Source of the DNA: Candidatus Saccharimonadota bacterium | GTDB lineage: Bacteria; Patescibacteriota; Patescibacteriia; 2-12-FULL-60-25 | Direction of reading: 5' to 3' | DNA length: 32,000 nt | NCBI GenBank assembly: GCA_016699205.1 | Contig: CP064964.1 | Span: forward strand, 1-32,000 | Part shown: in pieces, positions 24,121 through 31,299 of the stretch | Numbering within the stretch: position 1 is the first letter of the stretch | How the letters are laid out: every line of letters begins with the position of its first letter | The notes under the pieces: model-generated | Seen by the model: the letters and a program-made list of their open reading frames with translations, nothing else | What the model was told of the DNA's origin: nothing | Databases searched by the model: none | Position numbers and translations under genes: made by a program

Positions 24121-24345
24121 TCAGAGAAAGATGACGAGAACGCTGGCTTTGCCGTCTTTGTCGATGAACTCCAGCTTGCCGTTGTTGCTCTTGTGTTCTT
24201 TTGCCAGCGTAAGAGCGAGATTGATCGCTCGACGCACGGTTTCGGCGGTGGAGGCGGAATCGATGAGCGCTCCGAGCTCTTCTATCTGTGCGATGACCTT
24301 TGGGGATGCTTCAATCTGCAAACGCTTCCGGGATTTCTCGGTCAT
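24121..24345 (-). CDS. small RHH-like (CopG/Arc-like) protein, 74 aa, paralog of the upstream gene
   Basis: MTEKSRKRLQIEASPKVIAQIEELGALIDSASTAETVRRAINLALTLAKEH shows a strand-helix-helix pattern. Its ATG shares the A of the upstream TGA (TGATG). Confidence 0.5.
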   Translation of the reverse strand: MTEKSRKRLQIEASPKVIAQIEELGALIDSASTAETVRRAINLALTLAKEHKSNNGKLEFIDKDGKASVLVIFL

Positions 24346-24659
24346 CACGAACCATCCTTGAAGATGCGTTCAGTGCGTTCGAAGATCTGGATCCCGAATA
24401 CTATGATGGGCGTTACGACCTCTAGATATTTCCCAGCTCGCCTCGCATTGAGTAGCCACTCGTAGACACGTAGTGCGTCTTCGATGAGCTGCGCGTTCGT
24501 CTCCTGTCCGCCAAGAGCGCGGATTTCGTCGAGACGCCTCTTTGCTTCTTCTGAGAAGTCGAGGCGGACTCGTACATACTTACGCGGCGGGGTTCGGTAC
24601 GTTTGATCCACGAGGCGGAGATGGTTGCGGCGAACGGGTGTTCGATTTTTGCGACGCAT
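24345..24659 (-). CDS. small RHH-like protein, 104 aa, basic N-terminus
   Basis: ATG 24659 with AGGAGG 4 nt upstream. YVRVRLDFSEEAKRRLDEIRALGGQETNAQLIEDALRVYEWLLNARRAG has the same pattern as the downstream gene. The ORF-track extension to 24914 is rejected. Confidence 0.5.
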   Translation of the reverse strand: MRRKNRTPVRRNHLRLVDQTYRTPPRKYVRVRLDFSEEAKRRLDEIRALGGQETNAQLIEDALRVYEWLLNARRAGKYLEVVTPIIVFGIQIFERTERIFKDGS

Positions 24660-24774
24660 TTTTCCTCCTGCGTTGTATTTGCTATCAAATTTTGTTCGCT
24701 TTGTCAACAGTGCTCGGTATCTCCCTTGACCCATCTTTTGGTTTGGATGCATGAGGTGTATTCTGAAATATCGT

Positions 24775-26412
24775 ATGCCAAAGCGACGCACATTTGTTTT
24801 CATTGCCGGAGGCGTTATGTCCGGTGTCGGTAAAGGAGTCGCGTCCGCATCGTTGGGCGCGATTTTAAAAGCCAGAGGGTTGAAGGTGATGGCGGTGAAG
24901 ATCGATCCGTACATTAATGTCGATGCGGGAACAATGAATCCTGTTGAACATGGCGAGGTCTTTGTGACGCGCGATGGCGATGAGACAGATCAGGATATTG
25001 GAAATTATGAACGCTTTCTTGATGAAGACATCTTGAAGGTGAATTACATGACAACGGGCCGAGTATATTTGTCGGTTATTCAGCGGGAACGTGCGCTCGG
25101 ATACGGTGGAAAGACGGTCGAAGTTGTGCCGCATGTGCCGCAGGAAGTTATTGGTCGAATTCAAGCTGCGGCCAAGCATCATGATGCGGATGTCACGATT
25201 ATCGAGATTGGCGGGACGGTGGGCGAGTACCAGAACGTTTTGTTTCTTGAAGCGGCGCGCATGATGCAGATTGCGACACCGAATGATGTTTTGGTTGGTT
25301 TGGTGAGCTATTTTCCAGTTCCAGGCGCATTAGGAGAGATGAAAACCAAGCCGACGCAATACGCGGTGCGTACGCTTAACTCTGCTGGTATTCAGCCGGA
25401 TTTCATCATCGGACGATCAACGCATCCGATCGATGAACCTCGCAAAAAGAAATTGGCGATTCAATGCTCTGTTGGACCTGATGATATTTTTAGCGCGCCT
25501 GATGTTAGGTCGGTTTATGAAGTGCCACAGGTTATGGAGCGAGAGGGGTTGGGCATGCAAGTTGTGAAGAAGCTGAAGCTGCGCGCCAAGAAGCCGGATT
25601 TGCGGTATTGGAAAAAATTGGTTGCGAGCATTGAGCAATCCCAGAAGCCGGTGCGTATCGGCATTGTGGGTAAGTATGCGGCGAGCGGGGAGTTTAATTT
25701 GAGCGATGCCTATATCTCCGTGCTTGAGTCGGTGAAGCATGCGGCATGGTCGATAGGACGGAAGCCGGAGATTGTTTGGTTGGATGCAGGGGATTTGGAA
25801 AATGGGAAGCGGAAAATCGAGGGGATTAAGCAGCTCAAGAAACTCGATGGAATTCTTGTTCCAGGCGGATTTGGGAGTCGTGGAGTCGAAGGAAAGATTT
25901 TTGCCGCGCAGTATGCACGTGAACATAAGATTCCGTATTTGGGATTGTGTTACGGGATGCAATTGGCTTGCGTCGAGTTTGCTCGACATGTGCTGCATCA
26001 TAAGGGTGCGAATACGACGGAGATCGATCCGCAGACGACGCACCCGGTTATCCATCTCATGAATGAGCAGGAGGAGAAGATGAAGAATAAGTCTTATGGC
26101 GGATCGATGCGTTTGGGATCTTATCTTTGTCGACTGAAGGCGGGATCGATGGCAAGGAAGCTTTATGGAGAGTCCGCGATCGAGGAGCGACATCGCCATC
26201 GATATGAGTTTAATTCGGATTATCGCAAATCATTTGAAGCAAAGGGAATGATGATTAGCGGAGAATCGCCGGACGGAACGCTTGCGGAGATTGTCGAATT
26301 GAAGAAGCATCCGTTTTTTATGGGGACGCAGGCGCATCCGGAATTCCTGTCGCGGCCGTTTAAGCCGCATCCGTTGTTTCTCGGGTTTGTGAAAGCGGCA
26401 AGTAAGAAATAA
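24775..26412 (+). CDS. pyrG: CTP synthase
   Basis: FVFIAGGVMSGVGKGVASASLG, DPYINVDAGTMNP, and the glutaminase domain GILVPGGFGSRGVEGKI...LGLCYGMQ...HRHRYEFN. Confidence 0.93.
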   Translation: MPKRRTFVFIAGGVMSGVGKGVASASLGAILKARGLKVMAVKIDPYINVDAGTMNPVEHGEVFVTRDGDETDQDIGNYERFLDEDILKVNYMTTGRVYLSVIQRERALGYGGKTVEVVPHVPQEVIGRIQAAAKHHDADVTIIEIGGTVGEYQNVLFLEAARMMQIATPNDVLVGLVSYFPVPGALGEMKTKPTQYAVRTLNSAGIQPDFIIGRSTHPIDEPRKKKLAIQCSVGPDDIFSAPDVRSVYEVPQVMEREGLGMQVVKKLKLRAKKPDLRYWKKLVASIEQSQKPVRIGIVGKYAASGEFNLSDAYISVLESVKHAAWSIGRKPEIVWLDAGDLENGKRKIEGIKQLKKLDGILVPGGFGSRGVEGKIFAAQYAREHKIPYLGLCYGMQLACVEFARHVLHHKGANTTEIDPQTTHPVIHLMNEQEEKMKNKSYGGSMRLGSYLCRLKAGSMARKLYGESAIEERHRHRYEFNSDYRKSFEAKGMMISGESPDGTLAEIVELKKHPFFMGTQAHPEFLSRPFKPHPLFLGFVKAASKK

Positions 26413-26444
26413 AAAAACTCCCCGACGAGCGGGGAGATTTTTTA
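26411..26444. terminator. bidirectional terminator between pyrG and rpmA
   Basis: AAAAAAA-CTCCCCG-ACGAG-CGGGGAG-ATTTTTTA. Confidence 0.75.
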
Positions 26445-26741
26445 TTTGGCTTCTGCTTTGGCTTCGGCCGGGATCACGTTGGCAAACTTGGCGAGTTTGA
26501 AGTGTCCGGTGTAGCGGCGCATGCGCTTGTTGGTAAATTTGACGATACCAGGAGCGGCGGCGAAAAGGGTGTCATCCTTGCCCTTCATAACGTTCAAGCC
26601 GGCGCGAATAACGCTGCCACGCTGGCGAACGATAATATTACCGGTTTTTACATATTCACCGGCGTACTTCTTAACACCCAGGCGCTGACCCTGGGAATCG
26701 CGGCCGTAACTTGTAGAACCGCCAGCCTTTTTATGTGCCAT
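26442..26741 (-). CDS. rpmA: 50S ribosomal protein L27
   Basis: [42 protein letters not shown]. Confidence 0.93.
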   Translation of the reverse strand: MAHKKAGGSTSYGRDSQGQRLGVKKYAGEYVKTGNIIVRQRGSVIRAGLNVMKGKDDTLFAAAPGIVKFTNKRMRRYTGHFKLAKFANVIPAEAKAEAK

Positions 26742-26788
26742 AAATCAAAATTGGGAGATGGGCGCTAGGTTACGCGAAGTCTGGTGAC

Positions 26789-26816
26789 TTGTCAAGCGGG
26801 TGATTATGCGTTAAAT
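26789..26816 (+). promoter_or_regulatory. candidate promoter of the nifU-like gene, overlapping a face-to-face rpmA -35
   Basis: TTGTCA (26789-26794), 16 nt, TTAAAT (26811-26816), 10 nt, ATG. The same palindromic CTTGTCAAG gives TTGACA-17-TAACCT on the minus strand. Confidence 0.35.
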
Positions 26817-26826
26817 TCTGCTTTAT

Positions 26827-27075
26827 ATGGGCAAAAATCGCGAGGAAATGAAGTCGGAGATCGAGGAGGTCTTGAATGTGGTGCGCGGCAGCCTTGCGAT
26901 GCATGGAGGCAATGTGGAGTTGATCGACGCGGATCCGGAGACGGGAAAAGTACAGGTTCGGTTCCAGGGGGCGTGTGTCGGATGCCCTATGTCGGAAATG
27001 ACGTTTAAAGCCGGTATTGAAGAGACCTTGCTTGAGATGCTTCCGGACGTAAAAGAGGTCGAGCAGGTCGTCTAA
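26827..27075 (+). CDS. NifU-like (Nfu C-terminal) Fe-S cluster domain protein
   Basis: VRGSLAMHGGNVELIDADPETGKVQVRFQGACVGCPMSEMTFKAGIE carries the CxxC motif. Confidence 0.8.
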   Translation: MGKNREEMKSEIEEVLNVVRGSLAMHGGNVELIDADPETGKVQVRFQGACVGCPMSEMTFKAGIEETLLEMLPDVKEVEQVV

Positions 27076-27083
27076 CCCTTGTC

Positions 27084-27461
27084 ATGACATTCAGCGCATG
27101 GCTCTTTTCCGCTAAACTTGCCTGGGGCAAGCCGTGGATGCGTTGGCTTTCCCTCGGAGCTATTGCGTTACCGATCTTGGTCGGAACGGCTTACATCTTG
27201 CAGGTGCTGCCATCGGCCCAGAGCCGCGGAAGTCTTGTTTACCATTATAATATTTATCTTGGTATCGATGACGTACGCACTTGGGTCTGGGCGCTTGTTC
27301 TGCCGATTGTCTGGCTTCTCTTTACGCTCGCCGATATTCTTGTCGCTTACGGAATGTACCGTACCGACTCGCATGTCTCGGCAGCTCTTGTTTCTTTTGC
27401 CCTCGCCTGGAGTCTTCCCTGGGCCGGTGCTCTTTTCTATCTTTCATTGTTTAACGTATGA
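27084..27461 (+). CDS. hypothetical membrane protein (125 aa)
   Basis: Four hydrophobic segments; ATGA overlap with the mraY start. Confidence 0.5.
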   Translation: MTFSAWLFSAKLAWGKPWMRWLSLGAIALPILVGTAYILQVLPSAQSRGSLVYHYNIYLGIDDVRTWVWALVLPIVWLLFTLADILVAYGMYRTDSHVSAALVSFALAWSLPWAGALFYLSLFNV

Positions 27462-28510
27462 TCGCTGATTTGATACAGGTTGCGCGTCCGCTCGGCATGA
27501 CGGCATTGGCATTTGCGATTTCCGCGATCGCGATGCCTGGCCTTATTCGCTTGCTCAAACATTTCAAGATGGGCAAGCAAATCCGCGACGCGGCATCGGC
27601 TCCTGTCATGGCTGCCAAGCACGCCGCAAAAGCCGGAACGCCGACCATGGGTGGAATCGTGATTTGGGCGACGGTTTTGTTGATCGTTTTTGCTTTTGCT
27701 TTTGGATGCAAGCTGTTTCCCGGAACATGGCTATGTGATGCGAACTTTCTTTCACGTGGACAAACTTGGTTGCCGCTTGGCTTGATGGCGTTAGCTGCGA
27801 TTGTCGGTTTGGTTGATGATTACCTTAATATTCGCCGACTAGGTGGTGGAAAAGGCGGCGGTTTGCGCATGCGCTATCGCATTTTGTCGTATGCGCTTGT
27901 GGCAGTGCTTGGAGCCTGGTGGTTTTACACGCGCTTGGGTTGGGATCAACTTCACGTTCCATTTGTCGGAACGTATGACATCGGTTTGTGGTATGTGCCG
28001 TTTTTTATCCTTGTTGTTGTATCGACCTCATTTTCTGTTAATGAAATTGATGGACTTGATGGATTGGCCGGGGGAACGTTGTTTGCGTCTTTTGGAGCCT
28101 ATGCCGTGATCGCTTGGTCTCAGGGTCGTTTTGATCTTGCGACCTTGTGTGCGGCTATTATCGGCGCGTTGATCGGATTCCTTTGGTTCAATATCAATCC
28201 GGCTGATGTGTTTATGGGCGATACGGGCGCGATGTCGCTTGGAACCGTGCTCGCTGTTGTTGCATTGATGACCAATCAGCCGCTGCTGCTGCTTGTGATT
28301 GGTTTGCCCTTTGTGATCGAGAGCTTGTCTGTGATCATTCAGATTACGAGCAAGAAATTGCGCGGTAAGAAAGTCTTTTTGTCGGCACCGATTCATCATC
28401 ACTTGGAAGCGATTGGATGGAGCGAGCCGAGAATCGTGATGCGTTTTTGGATGATTTCGTTTGTGCTGGCCGGACTTGGAATCGTGCTTGCGCTTATCGA
28501 TTCTATCTAA
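27458..28510 (+). CDS. mraY: phospho-N-acetylmuramoyl-pentapeptide transferase MraY
   Basis: GKQIRD...AKAGTPTMGGIVIW, LVDDYLNI, NEIDGLDGLAGG, MGDTGAMSLG, APIHHHLE. Confidence 0.92.
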   Translation: MIADLIQVARPLGMTALAFAISAIAMPGLIRLLKHFKMGKQIRDAASAPVMAAKHAAKAGTPTMGGIVIWATVLLIVFAFAFGCKLFPGTWLCDANFLSRGQTWLPLGLMALAAIVGLVDDYLNIRRLGGGKGGGLRMRYRILSYALVAVLGAWWFYTRLGWDQLHVPFVGTYDIGLWYVPFFILVVVSTSFSVNEIDGLDGLAGGTLFASFGAYAVIAWSQGRFDLATLCAAIIGALIGFLWFNINPADVFMGDTGAMSLGTVLAVVALMTNQPLLLLVIGLPFVIESLSVIIQITSKKLRGKKVFLSAPIHHHLEAIGWSEPRIVMRFWMISFVLAGLGIVLALIDSI

Positions 28511-28514
28511 AATC

Positions 28515-29633
28515 ATGAAGTACACGCTCCGACAACGCCTGCTCGCCCTCGACCCGGTTCTTGTCGGACTGGTTTTGGGTTTGACGGTGCTCGGGCTTGC
28601 GGTGCTTATGTCAGCGACGGGGCCTGTGGCGTTTCAGCGCTACGATGACTCGTTGTTTTTTGTGAAGCGCCAGATTCTTCAAGGCGTGCTTCCGGGAATG
28701 ACATTGTTCTTGCTGTTTGCCTTTATCGATTATCGTATTTGGAAGCGTTTGGCATTTCCGGCATTGGTTGCGTCATTTGGCTTACTGCTTTTGCCATATG
28801 TTCCCGGAATTGGTGTCGAGGTTGGAGGTTCGCATAGCTGGGCGACGATAGCCGGTTTGCGTTTTCAGCCGTCGGAAATCGTGAAATTTTCATTCCTGAT
28901 TTATTTGGCAGCGTGGTTTGCAGGGCGTACGCCGGAACGGATGCGCGATTGGCATGAGCTTGTGCCATTTGCCGGAGCGCTTGGCGGCGTTTGTCTGATG
29001 TTGGTAGCGCAGCCAGATACGGGAACGACGGCTGTTATCGCGGTGATGTCATTGTTCATGTATGTGTACTCCGGTGCTCCGATGGTTTGGTTTATCGGTA
29101 TGTCGGCTGCAGGCGCTGCAGTGATTACGATGTTGATCAAGCTTTCTCCTTATCGTGCAGCGCGTTTCATGACGTTTTTGCATCCGGAGCTGGATCCAAA
29201 AGGTATTGGCTATCATATCAACCAAGCTATTTTGGCGGTTGGCTCCGGGGGATTTCTTGGTTTGGGTTTTGGAAAGTCGCGTCAAAAATTTTTGTACCTG
29301 CCAGAAGTCGAGGCTGACTCGATCTTTGCCGTGATGGCTGAGGAGCTTGGATTCTTTCTTACATTGCTCGTGCTCATGCTATTTGTCGCTTTTGTGTGGC
29401 GATGTTTTGTGATCTCTCGTAAATCAAGAGATCGCTTTGGTTCCTTGCTTGCTGCCGGATTTGGATGTTGGATTGGGATACAGGCTTGGATGAATATCGC
29501 TTCCATGATCGGGCTTATGCCGATTACGGGTGTTACATTGCCATTTATTTCACATGGAGGTACTTCTTTAACGATTTTGCTTGCCGCTGCCGGGTTGGTT
29601 GCTGGGATTCCGCGTGCTGAACGTGAACTATAA
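28515..29633 (+). CDS. ftsW: SEDS-family peptidoglycan glycosyltransferase FtsW
   Basis: FQPSEIVKFSFLIYLAAW, LVAQPDTGT, LPEVEADSIFAVMAEELGF, GLMPITGVTLPFISHGGTS. Sits between mraY and murG. ATG 28515 is preferred over the ORF-track start at 28461. Confidence 0.9.
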   Translation: MKYTLRQRLLALDPVLVGLVLGLTVLGLAVLMSATGPVAFQRYDDSLFFVKRQILQGVLPGMTLFLLFAFIDYRIWKRLAFPALVASFGLLLLPYVPGIGVEVGGSHSWATIAGLRFQPSEIVKFSFLIYLAAWFAGRTPERMRDWHELVPFAGALGGVCLMLVAQPDTGTTAVIAVMSLFMYVYSGAPMVWFIGMSAAGAAVITMLIKLSPYRAARFMTFLHPELDPKGIGYHINQAILAVGSGGFLGLGFGKSRQKFLYLPEVEADSIFAVMAEELGFFLTLLVLMLFVAFVWRCFVISRKSRDRFGSLLAAGFGCWIGIQAWMNIASMIGLMPITGVTLPFISHGGTSLTILLAAAGLVAGIPRAEREL

Positions 29634-29635
29634 TT

Positions 29636-30742
29636 ATGAAAACGATTGCTTTTGCCGGAGGAGGAACGCTTGGACCTGTCACGCCGCTTTTGGCCGTGGC
29701 GAAGGCGATCAGGATTGCTTCGTCACGGACTCCTCGCAATGACACCTTCGAATTTGTCTGGTTTGGAACGCCGGATGGACCAGAGCGTGCGGTGGTTGAA
29801 GCGGAGGGAATGCGTTTTATCCCGATTACGGTTGCCAAGCTGCCGCGACATGTTGATATTCGGTTATTTACGTTCCCATTTGATTCGATGAAGGCACATC
29901 GTGAGGCAAAAGAGGCGCTTCAATCGATTAAGCCTTCTGTGGTGGTGACGGCTGGAGGGTTTACCGGCGTTCCGGTGGTGAGAGAAGCAGCGAAGCTCGG
30001 TATTCCGTGCGTGATGCATCAATTGGATGTTGTTCCGGGTTTGTCGAATCGTGCCGTGGCTAAATTATGCCAATCGATCACGACTTCATTTGAGTACGAT
30101 AAATTGCCTTTTGGAGTCGAATCAAAGCGGATTGCGACGCCTTCACGTTTTTTATCGGAAGTGATGCCGACGAAGCAAGAGGCGCGTCAGCATTTTGGTT
30201 TTGATGATACAAAGCCCGTGGTTTTGATTGTTGGCGGAGGGACGGGTGCATCGGCATTAAATCACGCGATTGATCATGAACTGGAAGGATGGTTGGGATT
30301 TGCTCAGGTTTTGCATGTCACAGGAAAAGGAAAGATGGAGTCCCGGAATAATCGCCAAGGATATGTTGTACGAGAGTTTTTAAATGCTGAAGAGATGAAG
30401 TATGCGTATGCCGCGGCTGATTTGGTGGTGACGCGCGCTGGCATTGGGGCTCTGTCAGAAGTTGCTGCTCTCTCTAAGCCTGCCGTTATTGTGCCGATTT
30501 CCGGGAATCAGCAGGAGGAGAATGCCAAGGCTTTTCATCGCGCCAAGGCTGGGTTGTATGTGAAACAGGATCAGGAGGATTTTTCCAGCATTCTTGTGAA
30601 GTTGGCAAAGCATATTTTGTCTGATGCGCGAGAACTTGAGCGCATGGGAAACGCAGCGCATGAATTTTTTGCTACGGATAATGGAACGGAGTTGGGAGAG
30701 TTGGTTCTCAAGATTGCTTCGCTGTCGGACTCCTCGCAATGA
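29636..30742 (+). CDS. murG: UDP-GlcNAc:lipid I N-acetylglucosaminyltransferase MurG
   Basis: AFAGGGTLGPVTPLLAVAKA, LIVGGGTGASALN, VVTRAGIGALSEVAALSKPAVIVPISGNQQEENA. Confidence 0.9.
   Translation: MKTIAFAGGGTLGPVTPLLAVAKAIRIASSRTPRNDTFEFVWFGTPDGPERAVVEAEGMRFIPITVAKLPRHVDIRLFTFPFDSMKAHREAKEALQSIKPSVVVTAGGFTGVPVVREAAKLGIPCVMHQLDVVPGLSNRAVAKLCQSITTSFEYDKLPFGVESKRIATPSRFLSEVMPTKQEARQHFGFDDTKPVVLIVGGGTGASALNHAIDHELEGWLGFAQVLHVTGKGKMESRNNRQGYVVREFLNAEEMKYAYAAADLVVTRAGIGALSEVAALSKPAVIVPISGNQQEENAKAFHRAKAGLYVKQDQEDFSSILVKLAKHILSDARELERMGNAAHEFFATDNGTELGELVLKIASLSDSSQ
29709..29744 (+). repeat. direct repeat copy 1 (19-nt perfect core CGGACTCCTCGCAATGACA at 29726-29744)
   Basis: Read directly. Preceded by TCAGGATTGCTTCG and a 3-nt spacer TCA. 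Confidence 0.95.
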
Positions 30743-30744
30743 CA
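30708..30744 (+). repeat. direct repeat copy 2 (19-nt perfect core at 30726-30744, contains the murG stop)
   Basis: Read directly. Preceded by TCAAGATTGCTTCG and a 4-nt spacer CTGT. The core is exactly 1000 bp from copy 1. Confidence 0.95.
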
Positions 30745-30751
30745 TATATAA

Positions 30752-30779
30752 ACGCCTCGCACGGAGTTGTGCGAGGCGT
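30752..30779. terminator. terminator hairpin between the convergent murG and the 30806-31210 gene
   Basis: ACGCCTCGCAC-GGAGTT-GTGCGAGGCGT is a perfect 11-bp stem. On the minus strand it is followed by TTTATATAT. Confidence 0.65.
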
Positions 30780-30805
30780 ACTAGTTAAGGAAGAGGATGG
30801 TGCGG

Positions 30806-31210
30806 CTACTCCGCCCACACGAGCGCGCTCTCGAGGTCCTGGAGCATGAGCTCGATTTTGTGCCATCCGCTGAGGGTGATGGTGGCCGTCTGGTAGCCGC
30901 TCCGGGGCCCCTTGCGCATCGGACCGCTCGCACCTTCGCGCTCGACGTGATCGGCGCAGGTGATGGGGACCTCGATCGTGAACAGCTGTGCTTTGTTGCG
31001 CGCGTGCTCTTTCTGCAGCTCGTTGATGAGCTTCAGGAGCTCGGGCTTGGAGCAATAGCCGAGCTCGCCGGTCCACAGGTGGTCGCCCTGCTGTCCGAGG
31101 TTGGCAGTCAGCGAGGCGATGTAGAGGCCGTTGTCGGAGCGATGGAACGACATCTCGCGGATGCGGCCGTCGGGCAGATTTTGGGAGAAGGCGCGAATCA
31201 GTGTCAGCAT
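30806..31210 (-). CDS. hypothetical protein (134 aa), extreme GC3 (compositional island); no family recognised
   Basis: ATG 31210; GGAG 8 nt upstream; stop TAG at 30808-30806. By hand count 117 of 134 codons end in G/C. Confidence 0.7.
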   Translation of the reverse strand: MLTLIRAFSQNLPDGRIREMSFHRSDNGLYIASLTANLGQQGDHLWTGELGYCSKPELLKLINELQKEHARNKAQLFTIEVPITCADHVEREGASGPMRKGPRSGYQTATITLSGWHKIELMLQDLESALVWAE

Positions 31211-31299
31211 CGAGAAGTCTCCGGTTGAATGAGCTGATGTAGCGAATCAGGGATTGGTCATTTTGTCAACCGTGGGTTAGTATACTCGTTAATTGAATT

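Noticed and set aside
24121-24659. Annotating the small gene pair as a type II toxin-antitoxin system
   Set aside because: Both products look like the same RHH-type fold, and neither resembles a known toxin family that I can recognise. It is reported as an unexplained paralogous pair instead.
25417-26199. 260-aa minus-strand ORF
   Set aside because: It is antisense to pyrG. The composition is Arg/Leu/His-rich and no motif is recognisable.
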